This document shows positions 16,954 to 26,518 of a stretch of 32,000 nt of DNA, in pieces. The stretch is from Candidatus Jordarchaeales archaeon (GTDB taxonomy: Archaea > Asgardarchaeota > Jordiarchaeia > Jordiarchaeales > Freyrarchaeaceae), in the NCBI GenBank assembly GCA_038889235.1, contig JAWAHN010000003.1:83703-115702 (forward strand), given 5' to 3'. Under the pieces are notes generated by a model. That model searched no databases. It was not told where the DNA came from and saw only the letters and a list, made by a program, of their open reading frames with translations. A program made the translations under genes and the position numbers. Every line of letters begins with the position of its first letter. The first letter of the stretch is position 1.

Positions 16954-17006
16954 ATGCTTAGACAATACGTGAGCGAATAGTTGACCATTCCACACCGCTC
17001 ATTGAA

Positions 17007-17035
17007 CGGCAATTGTTTTCCGAAAAATTTAAATA
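17007..17035 (+). promoter_or_regulatory. NrpR-like operator (cGGCA-N6-TTCCg) abutting BRE/TATA of the glutamate-synthase-family gene
   Basis: CGGCAATTGTTTTCCG at 17007-17022 is one mismatch from GGAA-N6-TTCC and is followed by AAAAA-TTTAAATA (TATA 17028-17035). Confidence 0.45.
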
Positions 17036-17090
17036 TACACGTCCTTATGTGTGGGTAAAGCTTTTACCCGGCATTTTGGAGGGTTGGGTC

Positions 17091-18680
17091 TTGGTAAACT
17101 TGAGAAGGCCGAACTCCGACGAAGCGTTAGGAACACTTAACCGTTCAAGGGACGTAGTTCCCATGTCTGGTTTGTGTACGAGGTGCGTCGATGGGTGTAG
17201 AGGTGGGTGTGACATCTGGCTTGCTTCCTTTAGAGGAAGAGAAGTCCTCTATCCTCAGCCTTACGGTGAGATAACTGCAGGCGGCCGTAAAGACTACCCA
17301 GTGGACTACTCGCACCTGAACATTCAAGGGTACGCCTGGGGAGCTAAGGGGTTGGATGGCAACGTTGGCCCAGATGAAGCTGTATTCACCAGGGTTGATG
17401 TGACCACGGAGTACGGGTGGAACAGTAAGGTCAAAATGCTCCTCCCCATTTTCATGGGCGCCCTTGGTTCTACGGAGATAGCGCGCAGGAACTGGGAGCA
17501 CTTCGCGGTTGGAGCCGCGATATCGGGCATATCTATAGTTTGCGGTGAGAATGTTTGCGGTGTGGACCCAGAGCTGGAGTTGGACGCGAAGGGTAAGGTT
17601 AAGAAGTCTCCGGAGATGGATAGGAGGATAAAAATCTACAAGGAGTACTATGAAGGCTACGGGGAGCTGCGTGTGCAACTTAACGTTGAGGACACGAGAC
17701 TGGGAGTTGCAGAGTACGTTTCAAGCAAACATGAGCTTGAAGCGATAGAGATCAAGTGGGGGCAAGGTGCGAAGAGCATAGGTGGAGAGATAAAGGTTCA
17801 CTCGCTTGAAAGGGCTTTGGAGCTCAAGAGGAGGGGTTACATAGTCCTACCCGACCCCGAGGAACCTGCAGTACAGGAGGCTTTCAAAGCTGGCGCCATC
17901 AAGGAGTTTGAGAGGCACTCAAGGCTCGGCTTTGTCAGCAAGGAGTCGTTCCTAGAGGAGGTTGACAGGCTTAGGGAGTTAGGGTTTAAGAGGGTGGCCC
18001 TCAAGACTGGAGCCTACTCGGCAATTGACCTCGCCATGGCGCTGAGGTACGGGGCTGAGGCGAAGCTCGACCTTATAACTCTTGACGGAGCTCCCGGTGG
18101 AACCGGGATGAGCCCGTGGCCAATGATGAACGAATGGGGAATTCCCACGTTCTACCTCGAAGCGCTAGCCTACCAGTTCTGCAGGAGGCTCGATGAGAAA
18201 GGGTTCCGGGTTCCCGACCTAGCAATGGCTGGCGGCTTCTCGACGGAGGACGGAGTCTTCAAGGCGATAGCAATGGGAGCCCCCTACGTGAAGGCGGTAT
18301 GCATGGGTAGGGCTCTCATGATACCTGGAATGGTGGGCAAGAACATCGGAAAGTGGATAGAGGAAGGAGATTTGCCTAAGACTGTCGCCAGGTACGGTAA
18401 AACGGTGGAGGAGATATTCGTCACATACGAGGAGCTGAGGGCGAAGTACGGCGAGGATGTAAAGAAGATCCCCCTCGGAGCCATAGGAGTATACACGTTC
18501 TGCCAGAAGTTCAAGGTTGGACTACAACAGCTGATGGCTGGGAGCAGGAACTTCAAGCTCTCAACGATTTCACGCAAGGACCTCGTAGCTCTAACAGAGG
18601 AAGCGGCGAAGGTTTCAGGGATACCATACGTGATGGAAGCCTACAGAGAAGAAGCGGAAAGAATACTAGATGGAGAGTAG
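17091..18680 (+). CDS. FMN-binding glutamate synthase family protein (stand-alone GltB FMN-domain type)
   Basis: CTRCVDGCRGGC, GALGSTEIA, VCGENVCG, QLNVEDTRLG, EIKWGQGAKSIGGE, LKTGAY, DGAPGGTGMSP, AGGF and VKAVCMGRA. Likely start is TTG 17091 (MVNLRRPN) after GGAGG; the ORF track starts at 17013, upstream of the TATA box. Confidence 0.9.
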   Translation: MVNLRRPNSDEALGTLNRSRDVVPMSGLCTRCVDGCRGGCDIWLASFRGREVLYPQPYGEITAGGRKDYPVDYSHLNIQGYAWGAKGLDGNVGPDEAVFTRVDVTTEYGWNSKVKMLLPIFMGALGSTEIARRNWEHFAVGAAISGISIVCGENVCGVDPELELDAKGKVKKSPEMDRRIKIYKEYYEGYGELRVQLNVEDTRLGVAEYVSSKHELEAIEIKWGQGAKSIGGEIKVHSLERALELKRRGYIVLPDPEEPAVQEAFKAGAIKEFERHSRLGFVSKESFLEEVDRLRELGFKRVALKTGAYSAIDLAMALRYGAEAKLDLITLDGAPGGTGMSPWPMMNEWGIPTFYLEALAYQFCRRLDEKGFRVPDLAMAGGFSTEDGVFKAIAMGAPYVKAVCMGRALMIPGMVGKNIGKWIEEGDLPKTVARYGKTVEEIFVTYEELRAKYGEDVKKIPLGAIGVYTFCQKFKVGLQQLMAGSRNFKLSTISRKDLVALTEEAAKVSGIPYVMEAYREEAERILDGE

Positions 18681-18725
18681 AAACCCCACTTCCCCCTTCC
18701 GCTGCATTTTATAACTCCCTATTTT

Positions 18726-19586
18726 TTAAACTGTGAAAGCGACGTCGAGGAGCATCATGGCCGCGAAGCCTGTCATAAAGCTTGCTGTGGCAAGGTCAGG
18801 GTTTTTCTGTGATTCAGGTATAAGCTCCTCGACAGAGACGAATATCATTGCCCCAGCCGCAAAGGACATTATATAGGGCATCAGCTGTGTTACGGAAAGT
18901 ACAGCAACCGCTCCCACGACTGCTGAGATCGGCTCAACAACCGCGGACAGCTGCCCGTAGAACGCGCTCCTTAGCGTCGAGAAGCCCTCAGCCCGAAGCG
19001 GCATGGATATGGCGAAGCCTTCAGGCATGTTTTGAAGCCCTATTCCAACGGCTAGAGCGACAGCCGAGGAGAGGCTTGTCCCGTGACTTAGAGTGGTGAA
19101 GGCTAACTCCCACGCTCCCAGGGACATGTAGAGGAAGGCGGTGTTAAGTGTAACGGTCACAGCTCCGAAGGTAACCCCTACAGCGAGCCCCTCTGGAATG
19201 TTGTGCAATGTTACCGCCATTATGAGCAGAACGCTTCGACTCCACGTGACGCTCCGGCCCTCGCTTTTCTCCAAGCCTAGGTGAATGTGAGGTATAACGG
19301 CGTCGAGTAGCCTTATCAACGCGCCCCCCAAGAGGAAGCCCACCACAGCCGGAATCCACTGGTTCCCCGCGCCCACCAGTTCAACTGAGGGGGCTAGTAG
19401 GGACCAGAAGCTGGCTGAAACCATGACCCCCGCGGCAAGCCCAAGCATCCCACTCAAAACTCTCTCGGAAACCCTTTTAAAGAGGAAAACCGCGAGCGCG
19501 CCTAGGGCGGTCAAAAACCATGTAAGGAGCCCCGCCGACGCAGCGTTCACAGCGGCTCCCGCAAGCGTCAACTGGTGTGAAAACAC
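18726..19586 (-). CDS. zupT: ZIP (ZupT/GufA) family divalent metal transporter
   Basis: Hydrophobic TM segments with IPHIHLG, AVTLHNIPEGLAVG, IGLQNMPEGFAISMPL, GQLSAVVEP and FAAGAMIFVSVEELIPES. Confidence 0.93.
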   Translation of the reverse strand: MFSHQLTLAGAAVNAASAGLLTWFLTALGALAVFLFKRVSERVLSGMLGLAAGVMVSASFWSLLAPSVELVGAGNQWIPAVVGFLLGGALIRLLDAVIPHIHLGLEKSEGRSVTWSRSVLLIMAVTLHNIPEGLAVGVTFGAVTVTLNTAFLYMSLGAWELAFTTLSHGTSLSSAVALAVGIGLQNMPEGFAISMPLRAEGFSTLRSAFYGQLSAVVEPISAVVGAVAVLSVTQLMPYIMSFAAGAMIFVSVEELIPESQKNPDLATASFMTGFAAMMLLDVAFTV

Positions 19587-19709
19587 GCCTAAAACACCTC
19601 TTTTTCACAGCATCACCTGAAGCCTTCAAAAAGCCACCTTTAAAAATCATGTCCCACAAGGGTTCGGGCAACCCGGCCCCTTTTTTTCAAAGGCCCCCCT
19701 TCTCCTGGA

Positions 19710-20687
19710 TCATATGACCTCCATGTCTTTTATTTCGATGAGGCAGTGGGGGGCGAACGCGTCCACCTTGATGCCCATCTCTTTTAGCGCCGCTCCCGGG
19801 GTGATGCCTCCAACCATCGATAAGCCGAACCTATCCATGGAAACCGGCACTCCTAAAACAGGTTCGTTCGGCTCGCCCACAACCAGTATCCCGCCCCACC
19901 CTCTATCCTCCAGCTTCCTCAGCGTGGCAATAGTGTCCTCCCTCGCAACAGCCGGGATTTCCCTAAAAACCACTGGCAGCATCCCCGACCCGGTTTCTAG
20001 GAAGCTCGTTATGGACGTCTGGTTGCTTCGCACAAAGACCTCAAGCGGGGGTATCGTCGTCCCATCGTAGGAGATGAGCTCCACGAAGCGTATCGGCTTG
20101 TAGTTCACTGTCTGGACGAGCCCCCCATACTTGAATATCACCGGGATCCCAGAGTGGATTAGAACACCGTCTATAGTCAGGTCGCAAACAGTGAAGAAGG
20201 CTATCTCGCCCTCGGGGACAGAGATCTCATTGTACTCCTCACCTTCATCGAGCACCTTTATGTAAGGCGCCGGGAGCAATCTTCTCTCCCACAGCGCCTC
20301 AACCATCTTAAGCATCTTCTCATAAAAGTTCTTGTCCAACAGAAAGACGTTCGTCACTACAACCCCAGACTTAGACTCAGGCCTGTAAGTAACAGAGTAC
20401 GCCAGCGAAAGAAACTGTGTTATAACAAAGTTGAGCCTCTGAGCGGCTAAAGCCCTACCCAGCTCCTCCAACCCCTTCGCAGTTATAGTCCTCCCGCTTC
20501 GCTCATGTCCCTCAACAAAACCCTTCTCCTCCAGCAGTTGAAGATGGTACCTCACCGCCCTCTCACTCATAAGAAAACCTCTCTTCTTCAGCTCTTCCCT
20601 GATCACAGTCGAGCCTACCGGTCTCTTGTACTGGCTAAGTATGCGGAGAATTTCAATCTCCTTCCTAAAGCTGTCGCTCGTCCCCAT
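19710..20687 (-). CDS. nrpR: NrpR-family transcriptional repressor (wHTH plus single NrpR regulatory/DUF128 domain)
   Basis: EILRIL...VGSTVI...SERAVRYHLQLLEEKG...GRTITAKGLEEL, then TVCDLTIDGVL, RFVELISYDGTTIPPLEVF, GSGMLPVVFREIP and MVGGITP. ATG 20687 follows GGAGG. Confidence 0.88.
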   Translation of the reverse strand: MGTSDSFRKEIEILRILSQYKRPVGSTVIREELKKRGFLMSERAVRYHLQLLEEKGFVEGHERSGRTITAKGLEELGRALAAQRLNFVITQFLSLAYSVTYRPESKSGVVVTNVFLLDKNFYEKMLKMVEALWERRLLPAPYIKVLDEGEEYNEISVPEGEIAFFTVCDLTIDGVLIHSGIPVIFKYGGLVQTVNYKPIRFVELISYDGTTIPPLEVFVRSNQTSITSFLETGSGMLPVVFREIPAVAREDTIATLRKLEDRGWGGILVVGEPNEPVLGVPVSMDRFGLSMVGGITPGAALKEMGIKVDAFAPHCLIEIKDMEVI

Positions 20688-20791
20688 GCTGGTAGCCTCC
20701 AAAGGTCCCCAGTATCTTAGAGGGTCTCATCAACTTTTATTTTTTTATTCAGAAAAGGGTCCCCTGGAACCTTGCTGGCGACGCCGCCAAG

Positions 20792-21577
20792 CTAGAGGAT
20801 CTTCTTTTTACTGAGGATCAAGTATTCTCTTTCAGGCGTGAAAACCTCAAGGGTCACAGTTTCACTGTAACCTTCCTTCTTCAGCACCTTTAGAGGGGTC
20901 TTGTAATCTATGCGCCCAACTCCAAGTGGAAGGTGGTCGTCTCTGCTTCCGAAGTTGTCGCTGATGTGGACGTGAACTATGTGTCCACGTAACTCCTCAA
21001 TGAACTTCAAGGGTGGATCTGAAGGCTTAATGCTCGCGTGCGCAATGTCTAGTGTGAACTTCAACCTCTCCGAGCCAAGCTGGCTGAAAAGCTCCCTGAA
21101 ATCGTCAACACAAGTGAAGTAGTCGGCCCCCGGAAAGACACCTGGAGGCAGGTTCTCGACTCCGAGCACGAAGCCGTACTCTTCAGCCACTTCGAGTAGC
21201 CTGCTAAGGGACTGAACCGTGTTCCTGAACGAGACATCGCGCGGGGTAAGGGGGAACCGGAACCCCGGGTGGACGACTACAACCTCGGCCTCTATGGCGT
21301 GTGCGGCCTCCATAGCTTTCAAGGTGACTCTAACGGAGGCCTCCCTAAGCTCATCGTAGAAGTTTGAGATGTCCACGAAAGTTGGAACATGGACCAGCCT
21401 ATAGAGGCTACCGGACGAAAGGACGTCAACAAGCTCTCTTCTCTTAGAGAGCACGTGGTCGGGGGTTGAAGAAGGGTACTCTATTGCCAGTTCGAAGCCG
21501 TCGAAACCGTTTTCGACAGCGAACCTCGCCTCGTCAACAGGGTCGAAAATGGTAATGTTCTCCATGCACACTTTCAC
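20792..21577 (-). CDS. Sugar phosphate isomerase/epimerase (xylose-isomerase-like TIM barrel, AP endonuclease 2 family)
   Basis: VVVVHPG, GVENL, FTLDIAHA, HVHISDNFGSRDDHLPLGVGRID and TLEVF metal-binding motifs. Confidence 0.9.
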   Translation of the reverse strand: MKVCMENITIFDPVDEARFAVENGFDGFELAIEYPSSTPDHVLSKRRELVDVLSSGSLYRLVHVPTFVDISNFYDELREASVRVTLKAMEAAHAIEAEVVVVHPGFRFPLTPRDVSFRNTVQSLSRLLEVAEEYGFVLGVENLPPGVFPGADYFTCVDDFRELFSQLGSERLKFTLDIAHASIKPSDPPLKFIEELRGHIVHVHISDNFGSRDDHLPLGVGRIDYKTPLKVLKKEGYSETVTLEVFTPEREYLILSKKKIL

Positions 21578-21588
21578 ACAGACACCCG

Positions 21589-21603
21589 CCTAGCGACGCT
21601 AGG
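21589..21603. promoter_or_regulatory. Perfect 7-1-7 palindrome CCTAGCG-A-CGCTAGG, candidate operator or 5' hairpin
   Basis: Read directly. It lies between the minus-strand TATA-like element (~21621-21630) and the start at 21577. Confidence 0.4.
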
Positions 21604-21661
21604 GCACAAAGGCCCGCAGATAGTTAAAACCTTTTTGGAATAAAAAGGGGGAAAAGAGTGT

Positions 21662-23080
21662 TTAGAGCGGCGGCTTTCTGTCATGCCATGGTCTGATCTT
21701 TTCGAATGCCCTTGAAGCTTGAAGTACACCGAGGTCGTCATGTCTCCTCCCAACTATTTGGAGCCCTACAGGTAACCCGCTCTTCGTGAAACCGCAAGGG
21801 ACTGAGGCTGCAGGCTGACCCGTGAAGTTGAACGGGTACGTGAAGGGCATCCAACCCAGCGGTCCAACAGGCTTTCCAGCGATCTCAGTTGGCCCCATTC
21901 CCTCCTCGAGCCTGAAAGTTGGGACTGCTGTCGTCGGCGTTAGGAGGAAGTCGTAGCTTTCGAACACCTTTCTTACGGCGTCCCACAGTTCTTCTCTTTT
22001 AGCACGCACCTTAACGTAGTCCTTGAACGACAGTGTTTCCGCAAGGGGGAGAAAGCTTAGGTAGAGCGGGTATGCGACCTTCTTCCACTCCTCAAGCTTA
22101 TCCCCAACCATCGTAACGACTTCGGCAAGAACTATCGTGATTAGCTCGCCCTCCATGTTCGGTATGCTAACCTTGACCTCCTCGACCTTTGCTCCTGCTT
22201 CCTCAAAGGAAAAAGCTGCACGCCTAGTTATCTCTTCAACTTCCGGGTCAACGACCGCGTAGCCTAAATCGGGAGAGTAGGCAAACCTTTTACCCTCAAC
22301 GCCCTCCTCTAACCTTTCAAGGTAGCTGAATCCAACCGCGGGGAGGGAAGTCCTATCCCGTTCATCCGGTCCAGCTATCACGTCCATCACTAAGGCGGCA
22401 TCGGCAACGCTCCTCGTTATAGGTCCGTTAGACACCATGTCGAGGAATATAGGTGGATCATGGTAGCTTGGAACACGGCCGAATGATGGTTTAAACCCGT
22501 AAACCCCACAGAGCGCCGACGGTATCCTTATCGACCCGCCTCCGTCATTCCCTATGGCAACCGGGCACATTCCAGAGGCAACAGCCGCTGCTGCTCCCCC
22601 ACTTGACCCCCCAGGGGTCCTTTCGAGATCCCAAGGGTTCCTAGTGACCCCGAAGACGGGGTTATCCGTTATCGGTATCAGCCCGAACTCGGGGAGGTTT
22701 GTCTTCCCAACGATTATCGCGCCAGCTCTCTTCAGCCTCTCAACAAGTATTGCGTCCTCCCTCGGAACAAAGTTCTCAAACATCTTCGAGCCATAAGTCG
22801 TCCTCACACCCTTCGTCATGATATTGTCCTTAACAGTTACGGGGACGCCGAGCAGTGGTCGCCTTACACCCCTCCTAGCCTCTTCCTCCGCTCTCCTAGC
22901 CTCCTGCCTCGCCTCGTCCTCAAGCAGGGTTACGACGGCGTTAATCTTTGGGTTGCACTTGTGAATCCTTTCGAGCACAGCTTCCACGACGTCCACGGGG
23001 GAGATTTCGCGGGCAGCTATAGCCCTCGAAAGCTCAACAGCACTCATCCAGCATAGCTCTTCACCGCGCAAGCCACCCAC
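21662..23080 (-). CDS. Amidase, amidase-signature (Ser-cisSer-Lys) family
   Basis: [53 protein letters not shown] and [18 protein letters not shown]. Confidence 0.93.
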   Translation of the reverse strand: MGGLRGEELCWMSAVELSRAIAAREISPVDVVEAVLERIHKCNPKINAVVTLLEDEARQEARRAEEEARRGVRRPLLGVPVTVKDNIMTKGVRTTYGSKMFENFVPREDAILVERLKRAGAIIVGKTNLPEFGLIPITDNPVFGVTRNPWDLERTPGGSSGGAAAAVASGMCPVAIGNDGGGSIRIPSALCGVYGFKPSFGRVPSYHDPPIFLDMVSNGPITRSVADAALVMDVIAGPDERDRTSLPAVGFSYLERLEEGVEGKRFAYSPDLGYAVVDPEVEEITRRAAFSFEEAGAKVEEVKVSIPNMEGELITIVLAEVVTMVGDKLEEWKKVAYPLYLSFLPLAETLSFKDYVKVRAKREELWDAVRKVFESYDFLLTPTTAVPTFRLEEGMGPTEIAGKPVGPLGWMPFTYPFNFTGQPAASVPCGFTKSGLPVGLQIVGRRHDDLGVLQASRAFEKIRPWHDRKPPL

Positions 23081-23162
23081 CCTCCTAAAAATTTAATTTT
23101 AATCCGTTAAAAACGGTTTCCTTCGAAAACGAAGTTCTTCCCTACTCCGGGAGGTTAGATGC

Positions 23163-23987
23163 GTGGAAACTGTTCTATACCAAAAGGATGGACACGTAGT
23201 TGTGATAACAATTAACAGGCCCGAGGTACACAACTGCATAGACCCTGAAACGAACTGGAAGCTTGCAGACGCGTGGCGCAAGTTCTGCGAGGACGACGAC
23301 GCCTGGGTAGCCATAGTGACGGGGGCGGGCGACAAGGCGTTCTGCACGGGGGCGGACCTCAAAAAGTGGCACAGCTACGTCCTAGAACAAAGAGTGAACT
23401 TTCCTAGGAGGAACGCCTACTATGGTCCAGGATTTGGGGGGTTGACGCGCGGCATGCAGGTCTTTAAGCCGATAATAGCGGCGATAAACGGAATGTGCTA
23501 CGCTGGAGGGCTGGAGCTCGCATTGGCGGCGGACATAAGGATAGCCTCCGAAGACGCGCGGTTCGGAGTGCTAAACAGGAGGTGGAACGTCGGTCTCGGC
23601 GACGGTGGAACCCAAAGGCTTTGGAGAGTTGTGGGGCTTGGGAGGGCGCTTGAGCTCATCCTCACAGGCAAAGAGATAGATGCGTGGGAGGCTTACAGGA
23701 TAGGGTTGGTCAACGAAGTCGTACCAAAGGAGAGGCTGATGAAGAGGGCGAGGGAAATAGCGGACCTCATATGCAGCTACCCGCAAGGGTCTATTAGGAC
23801 AGATAAAGAGGCGGTCATAAGGGGGCTCGGGCTCCCGCTGGAAGAAGGCTTAAGGCTGGAAAACCTCCTCTTCTGGACGCTGCTCTTCGACAGGGATTTC
23901 TTCGAGGGGCCGAGGGCCTTTAGTGAGAAGAGAAAGCCCAGCTATAGAAACGAGACCGAGAAGCTCGGAGAAGTAATAAGGGTGTGA
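23163..23987 (+). CDS. Enoyl-CoA hydratase/isomerase (crotonase) family
   Basis: ITINRPEVHNC, AFCTGADL, KPIIAAINGMCYAGGLELALAADIRIA and GGTQRL. Confidence 0.93.
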   Translation: METVLYQKDGHVVVITINRPEVHNCIDPETNWKLADAWRKFCEDDDAWVAIVTGAGDKAFCTGADLKKWHSYVLEQRVNFPRRNAYYGPGFGGLTRGMQVFKPIIAAINGMCYAGGLELALAADIRIASEDARFGVLNRRWNVGLGDGGTQRLWRVVGLGRALELILTGKEIDAWEAYRIGLVNEVVPKERLMKRAREIADLICSYPQGSIRTDKEAVIRGLGLPLEEGLRLENLLFWTLLFDRDFFEGPRAFSEKRKPSYRNETEKLGEVIRV

Positions 23988-24280
23988 CTGGCCGCTGTGG
24001 ACTCAGCGACTCAACTCGAAAACTTTAGCGTTATATTTCATCTTTTTTTGTGAAAAATTAAAGGAAAATCTGGTGATGCACGTTTCTATAAGAGACGGGC
24101 TAAATTATCGACCCTAGAGGCGGAAATGTGCCTGCTGATGTTTCGCGAAGCTTGCCCAATCCAAGAAAGTGCTCACAGTAGGTAAAATTCCCCGCTTCTC
24201 GAAACTCTTAAAAATTTCCGTTGGGAGTTTTCATTTTTGGAAAAGTGTTGGGAGGGTGGTGTTTGAAGGGTGGGGTCCCT

Positions 24281-25132
24281 ATGGAGACTGCTGAGTATTG
24301 GATTAAAAGAAGGGAGGCGGAGCGGAAGGGCTTCTTTGAAGGCGTGAAGCAGCAGGAAGTCATTATTGCCGGAAAGAAGGGCAAGATCCCCATATTTTAC
24401 TATGATGCTAGGGCTTTGATGGTTGTTTTGCCGGCGTCCGCTAGCAGGCTTAGGAGTGTTCTGCCCGAGGTTTACGAGCCTGCGACCATAGTTCCCGGAG
24501 TTGGGTTAGTTGCTATCTCAGCTTTTAACTACCGCAACACGGATATAGAACCTTACAACGAGCTTGCGGTCGCCATAATATTGAAGCAGCCTTACGCCGG
24601 TGGCGTTTTAAGCCAGCTCAGGAAACGCGCCTTCCACGTCTACATACACTACCTCCCAGTCGATACAGAGATTGCACTTAGAGGGGGCGTAGACTACTAC
24701 AACTATCCGAAGTTTATGGCTGAGTTCGAGTGGATTGACAGAGACGGGGAAGTTGCATGTAGGTTGAGCGAGAAAGGCGAGCATATTCTAACGGTCTCCG
24801 GGAAAAAGGTTCGCGCGGAGAAGAGCCGCATAATGCGGTTCTACACCTACCTCTTCATGGACAAGCAGCCCCAGTGGACGGAGTTCAGAGTTAACGCTGA
24901 GCAGCATGCGGTGTCGTGGATGCCGGGGAAAGCGAAACTGGAGCTTGGGGAGCACCCTGTAGCGAAAGAGCTGAAAAGACTCCTACTCTCGACGAGACCC
25001 TTAATGTACATGTACTTGCCGAAAATGCAGGCAATACTCTACGGACCAATGGCGCTATCGCCACACCTACTGCTGGAGATGTTTAGAAGCGTTCCAAGAG
25101 AAGAGCTTAGAACCCTAATAAAAGAAGCATAA
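24281..25132 (+). CDS. Acetoacetate decarboxylase-like family protein
   Basis: IPIFYYDA...GLVAISAFNYRNTDIEPYNELAVAI...YIHYLPVDTEIALRGGVDYYNYPKFMAEF, with a PK Lys motif. ATG 24281; the ORF track starts at 24221. Confidence 0.8.
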   Translation: METAEYWIKRREAERKGFFEGVKQQEVIIAGKKGKIPIFYYDARALMVVLPASASRLRSVLPEVYEPATIVPGVGLVAISAFNYRNTDIEPYNELAVAIILKQPYAGGVLSQLRKRAFHVYIHYLPVDTEIALRGGVDYYNYPKFMAEFEWIDRDGEVACRLSEKGEHILTVSGKKVRAEKSRIMRFYTYLFMDKQPQWTEFRVNAEQHAVSWMPGKAKLELGEHPVAKELKRLLLSTRPLMYMYLPKMQAILYGPMALSPHLLLEMFRSVPREELRTLIKEA

Positions 25133-25145
25133 AGAGGAGGGGGTT

Positions 25146-25712
25146 TTAACCTCCCCTCGCCATTTTTGCCAGCTTGCTCATTACGGGCGCCACTTTCATT
25201 CCTAAGGTCATGCCGCCCTTCATCGAGAACTTCCGCAGCATGAACCCTCTAACTGGGTCTATGCTACCCAGCAGTAAGCCCATAATGTTCTCCGTTGTCC
25301 CCGAGAATTCAAGGTCAGCTTTCTCAGCCAAACCCCAGTTCCCCGTAACTTTTCCACCACTTATCTTCATGGTGACCTCGAGCGGGCTGTCTGTAGCTTT
25401 AAAGTTCATGACTACGGTCCCCAGATTTTCGAGGTCACGCTTAACGTCAGGGGTTCTTTCTGCGAGGATACTGACGCCTTCCCACACGAGGTTGGTGAAC
25501 TCCTTCGCCGCCTGAGGTGCCTCGTTCACGAACTTTTTAACATCCGTCTGTTCTAGCCTTTTAATCATCCTCGGAACCAAGTTTGGTACTGAATCTATGA
25601 GTTCCCTTACGTGTTCCTTAAGCTTCGGAGCTTGCTTTGGTAGCTCCTGCATGAGTTCGCTATCAGACATGACGAGCATTTTTTCTACTAATTTCCTCAA
25701 CTCCTCAACCAT
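25146..25712 (-). CDS. SCP2 (sterol carrier protein-2-like) lipid-binding domain protein, paralog 1
   Basis: C-terminal KISGGKV...KADLEFSGTTENIMGLLLGSIDPVRGFMLRKFSMKGGMTLGMK, with a helical N-terminal extension. Confidence 0.82.
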   Translation of the reverse strand: MVEELRKLVEKMLVMSDSELMQELPKQAPKLKEHVRELIDSVPNLVPRMIKRLEQTDVKKFVNEAPQAAKEFTNLVWEGVSILAERTPDVKRDLENLGTVVMNFKATDSPLEVTMKISGGKVTGNWGLAEKADLEFSGTTENIMGLLLGSIDPVRGFMLRKFSMKGGMTLGMKVAPVMSKLAKMARGG

Positions 25713-25783
25713 CTTATCCTCCTCCCTCCTCGATTCTCAAATTCTCCTGATTGTGAAAAATGAACGGAGGTGAGATAAGAAGT

Positions 25784-26350
25784 TTATCCTCCTCTCACGG
25801 TTTTCGTGAGCTTCGTCATCACTGGGGCGAGCTTCATTCCAACAGTTAGGTTACCGTCCATCTTATATTTTCCAGACATGAAGCCGCTTACAGGATCCAT
25901 GGCGCCGGTCATCAGTTTTATAATGTTCTCCGTTGTCCCTGAGAAGGAGAGGTCTGCTTTTTCCGCCAAACCGGATCCACCGGAGATCTTGCCTCCACTT
26001 ATTTTCACGTGCACTTCGAGCGGGCTGTCCGTAGCCTTAAAGTTTAAAGTCATGTTTCCAAGCTTCTCTAGGTCGCTTTTAAGCTCAGGGGTTCTCTCAA
26101 CCACTACACTGACACCTTCCCACACGAGGTCGGTGAACGCCCTCGCAGCCTCAGGAGCTTTCTCCATGAAGCGCTTAACGTCGATTTCCTCCATTCTCCT
26201 AACTATTTTTGATACGACGTCAGGCCTCGCCCTCAACAACTCCCCAACACGTCCTCTCAACTTCGGAAGTATGGATGGTAATTGCTTCGCCAACTCATCC
26301 TCAGACATGGAAAGCATATTATCCACAATCTTCCCCAACTCCTCCGCCAT
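25784..26350 (-). CDS. SCP2 lipid-binding domain protein, paralog 2
   Basis: KADLSFSGTTENIIKLMTGAMDPVSGFMSGKYKMDGNLTVGMKL. Same length (188 aa) as paralog 1 and collinear with it. Confidence 0.85.
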   Translation of the reverse strand: MAEELGKIVDNMLSMSEDELAKQLPSILPKLRGRVGELLRARPDVVSKIVRRMEEIDVKRFMEKAPEAARAFTDLVWEGVSVVVERTPELKSDLEKLGNMTLNFKATDSPLEVHVKISGGKISGGSGLAEKADLSFSGTTENIIKLMTGAMDPVSGFMSGKYKMDGNLTVGMKLAPVMTKLTKTVRGG

Positions 26351-26518
26351 CCACGACCACCCTAGAATACGTTAGTTCTGGTATGTTCTCCTAGAACAGG
26401 CTACTTTTAAAAATTTCGCAACCCTCCGTCCACCACCCCTCGGCATGAACACTTAAAGTTTTTATGTTTTCCTTGGAGCTTTATCAAGTAGCGGTGGTTG
26501 AAAAGGTGACCGTGCGTT

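Noticed and set aside
10773-17006. Integrated element with att sites bounding the defence island
   Set aside because: I found no integrase, no tRNA and no direct repeat at the presumed borders.
21662-23080. GatA subunit of Glu/Asp-tRNA amidotransferase
   Set aside because: There is no gatB/gatC neighbour, and the context and sequence fit a general amidase.
16145-24010. Similar short GCCGC...ACTCAGC strings downstream of genes (~16148, ~23990) as a MITE or REP element
   Set aside because: The match is too short and degenerate, with no terminal inverted repeats or target duplications.
25806-26375. Long antisense ORFs (25806..26375 +, 4725..5264 +, 15444..16091 -, 31035..31622 -, 17145..17678 - and others)
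   Set aside because: They are shadows of well-supported genes on the opposite strand, with no motifs of their own.
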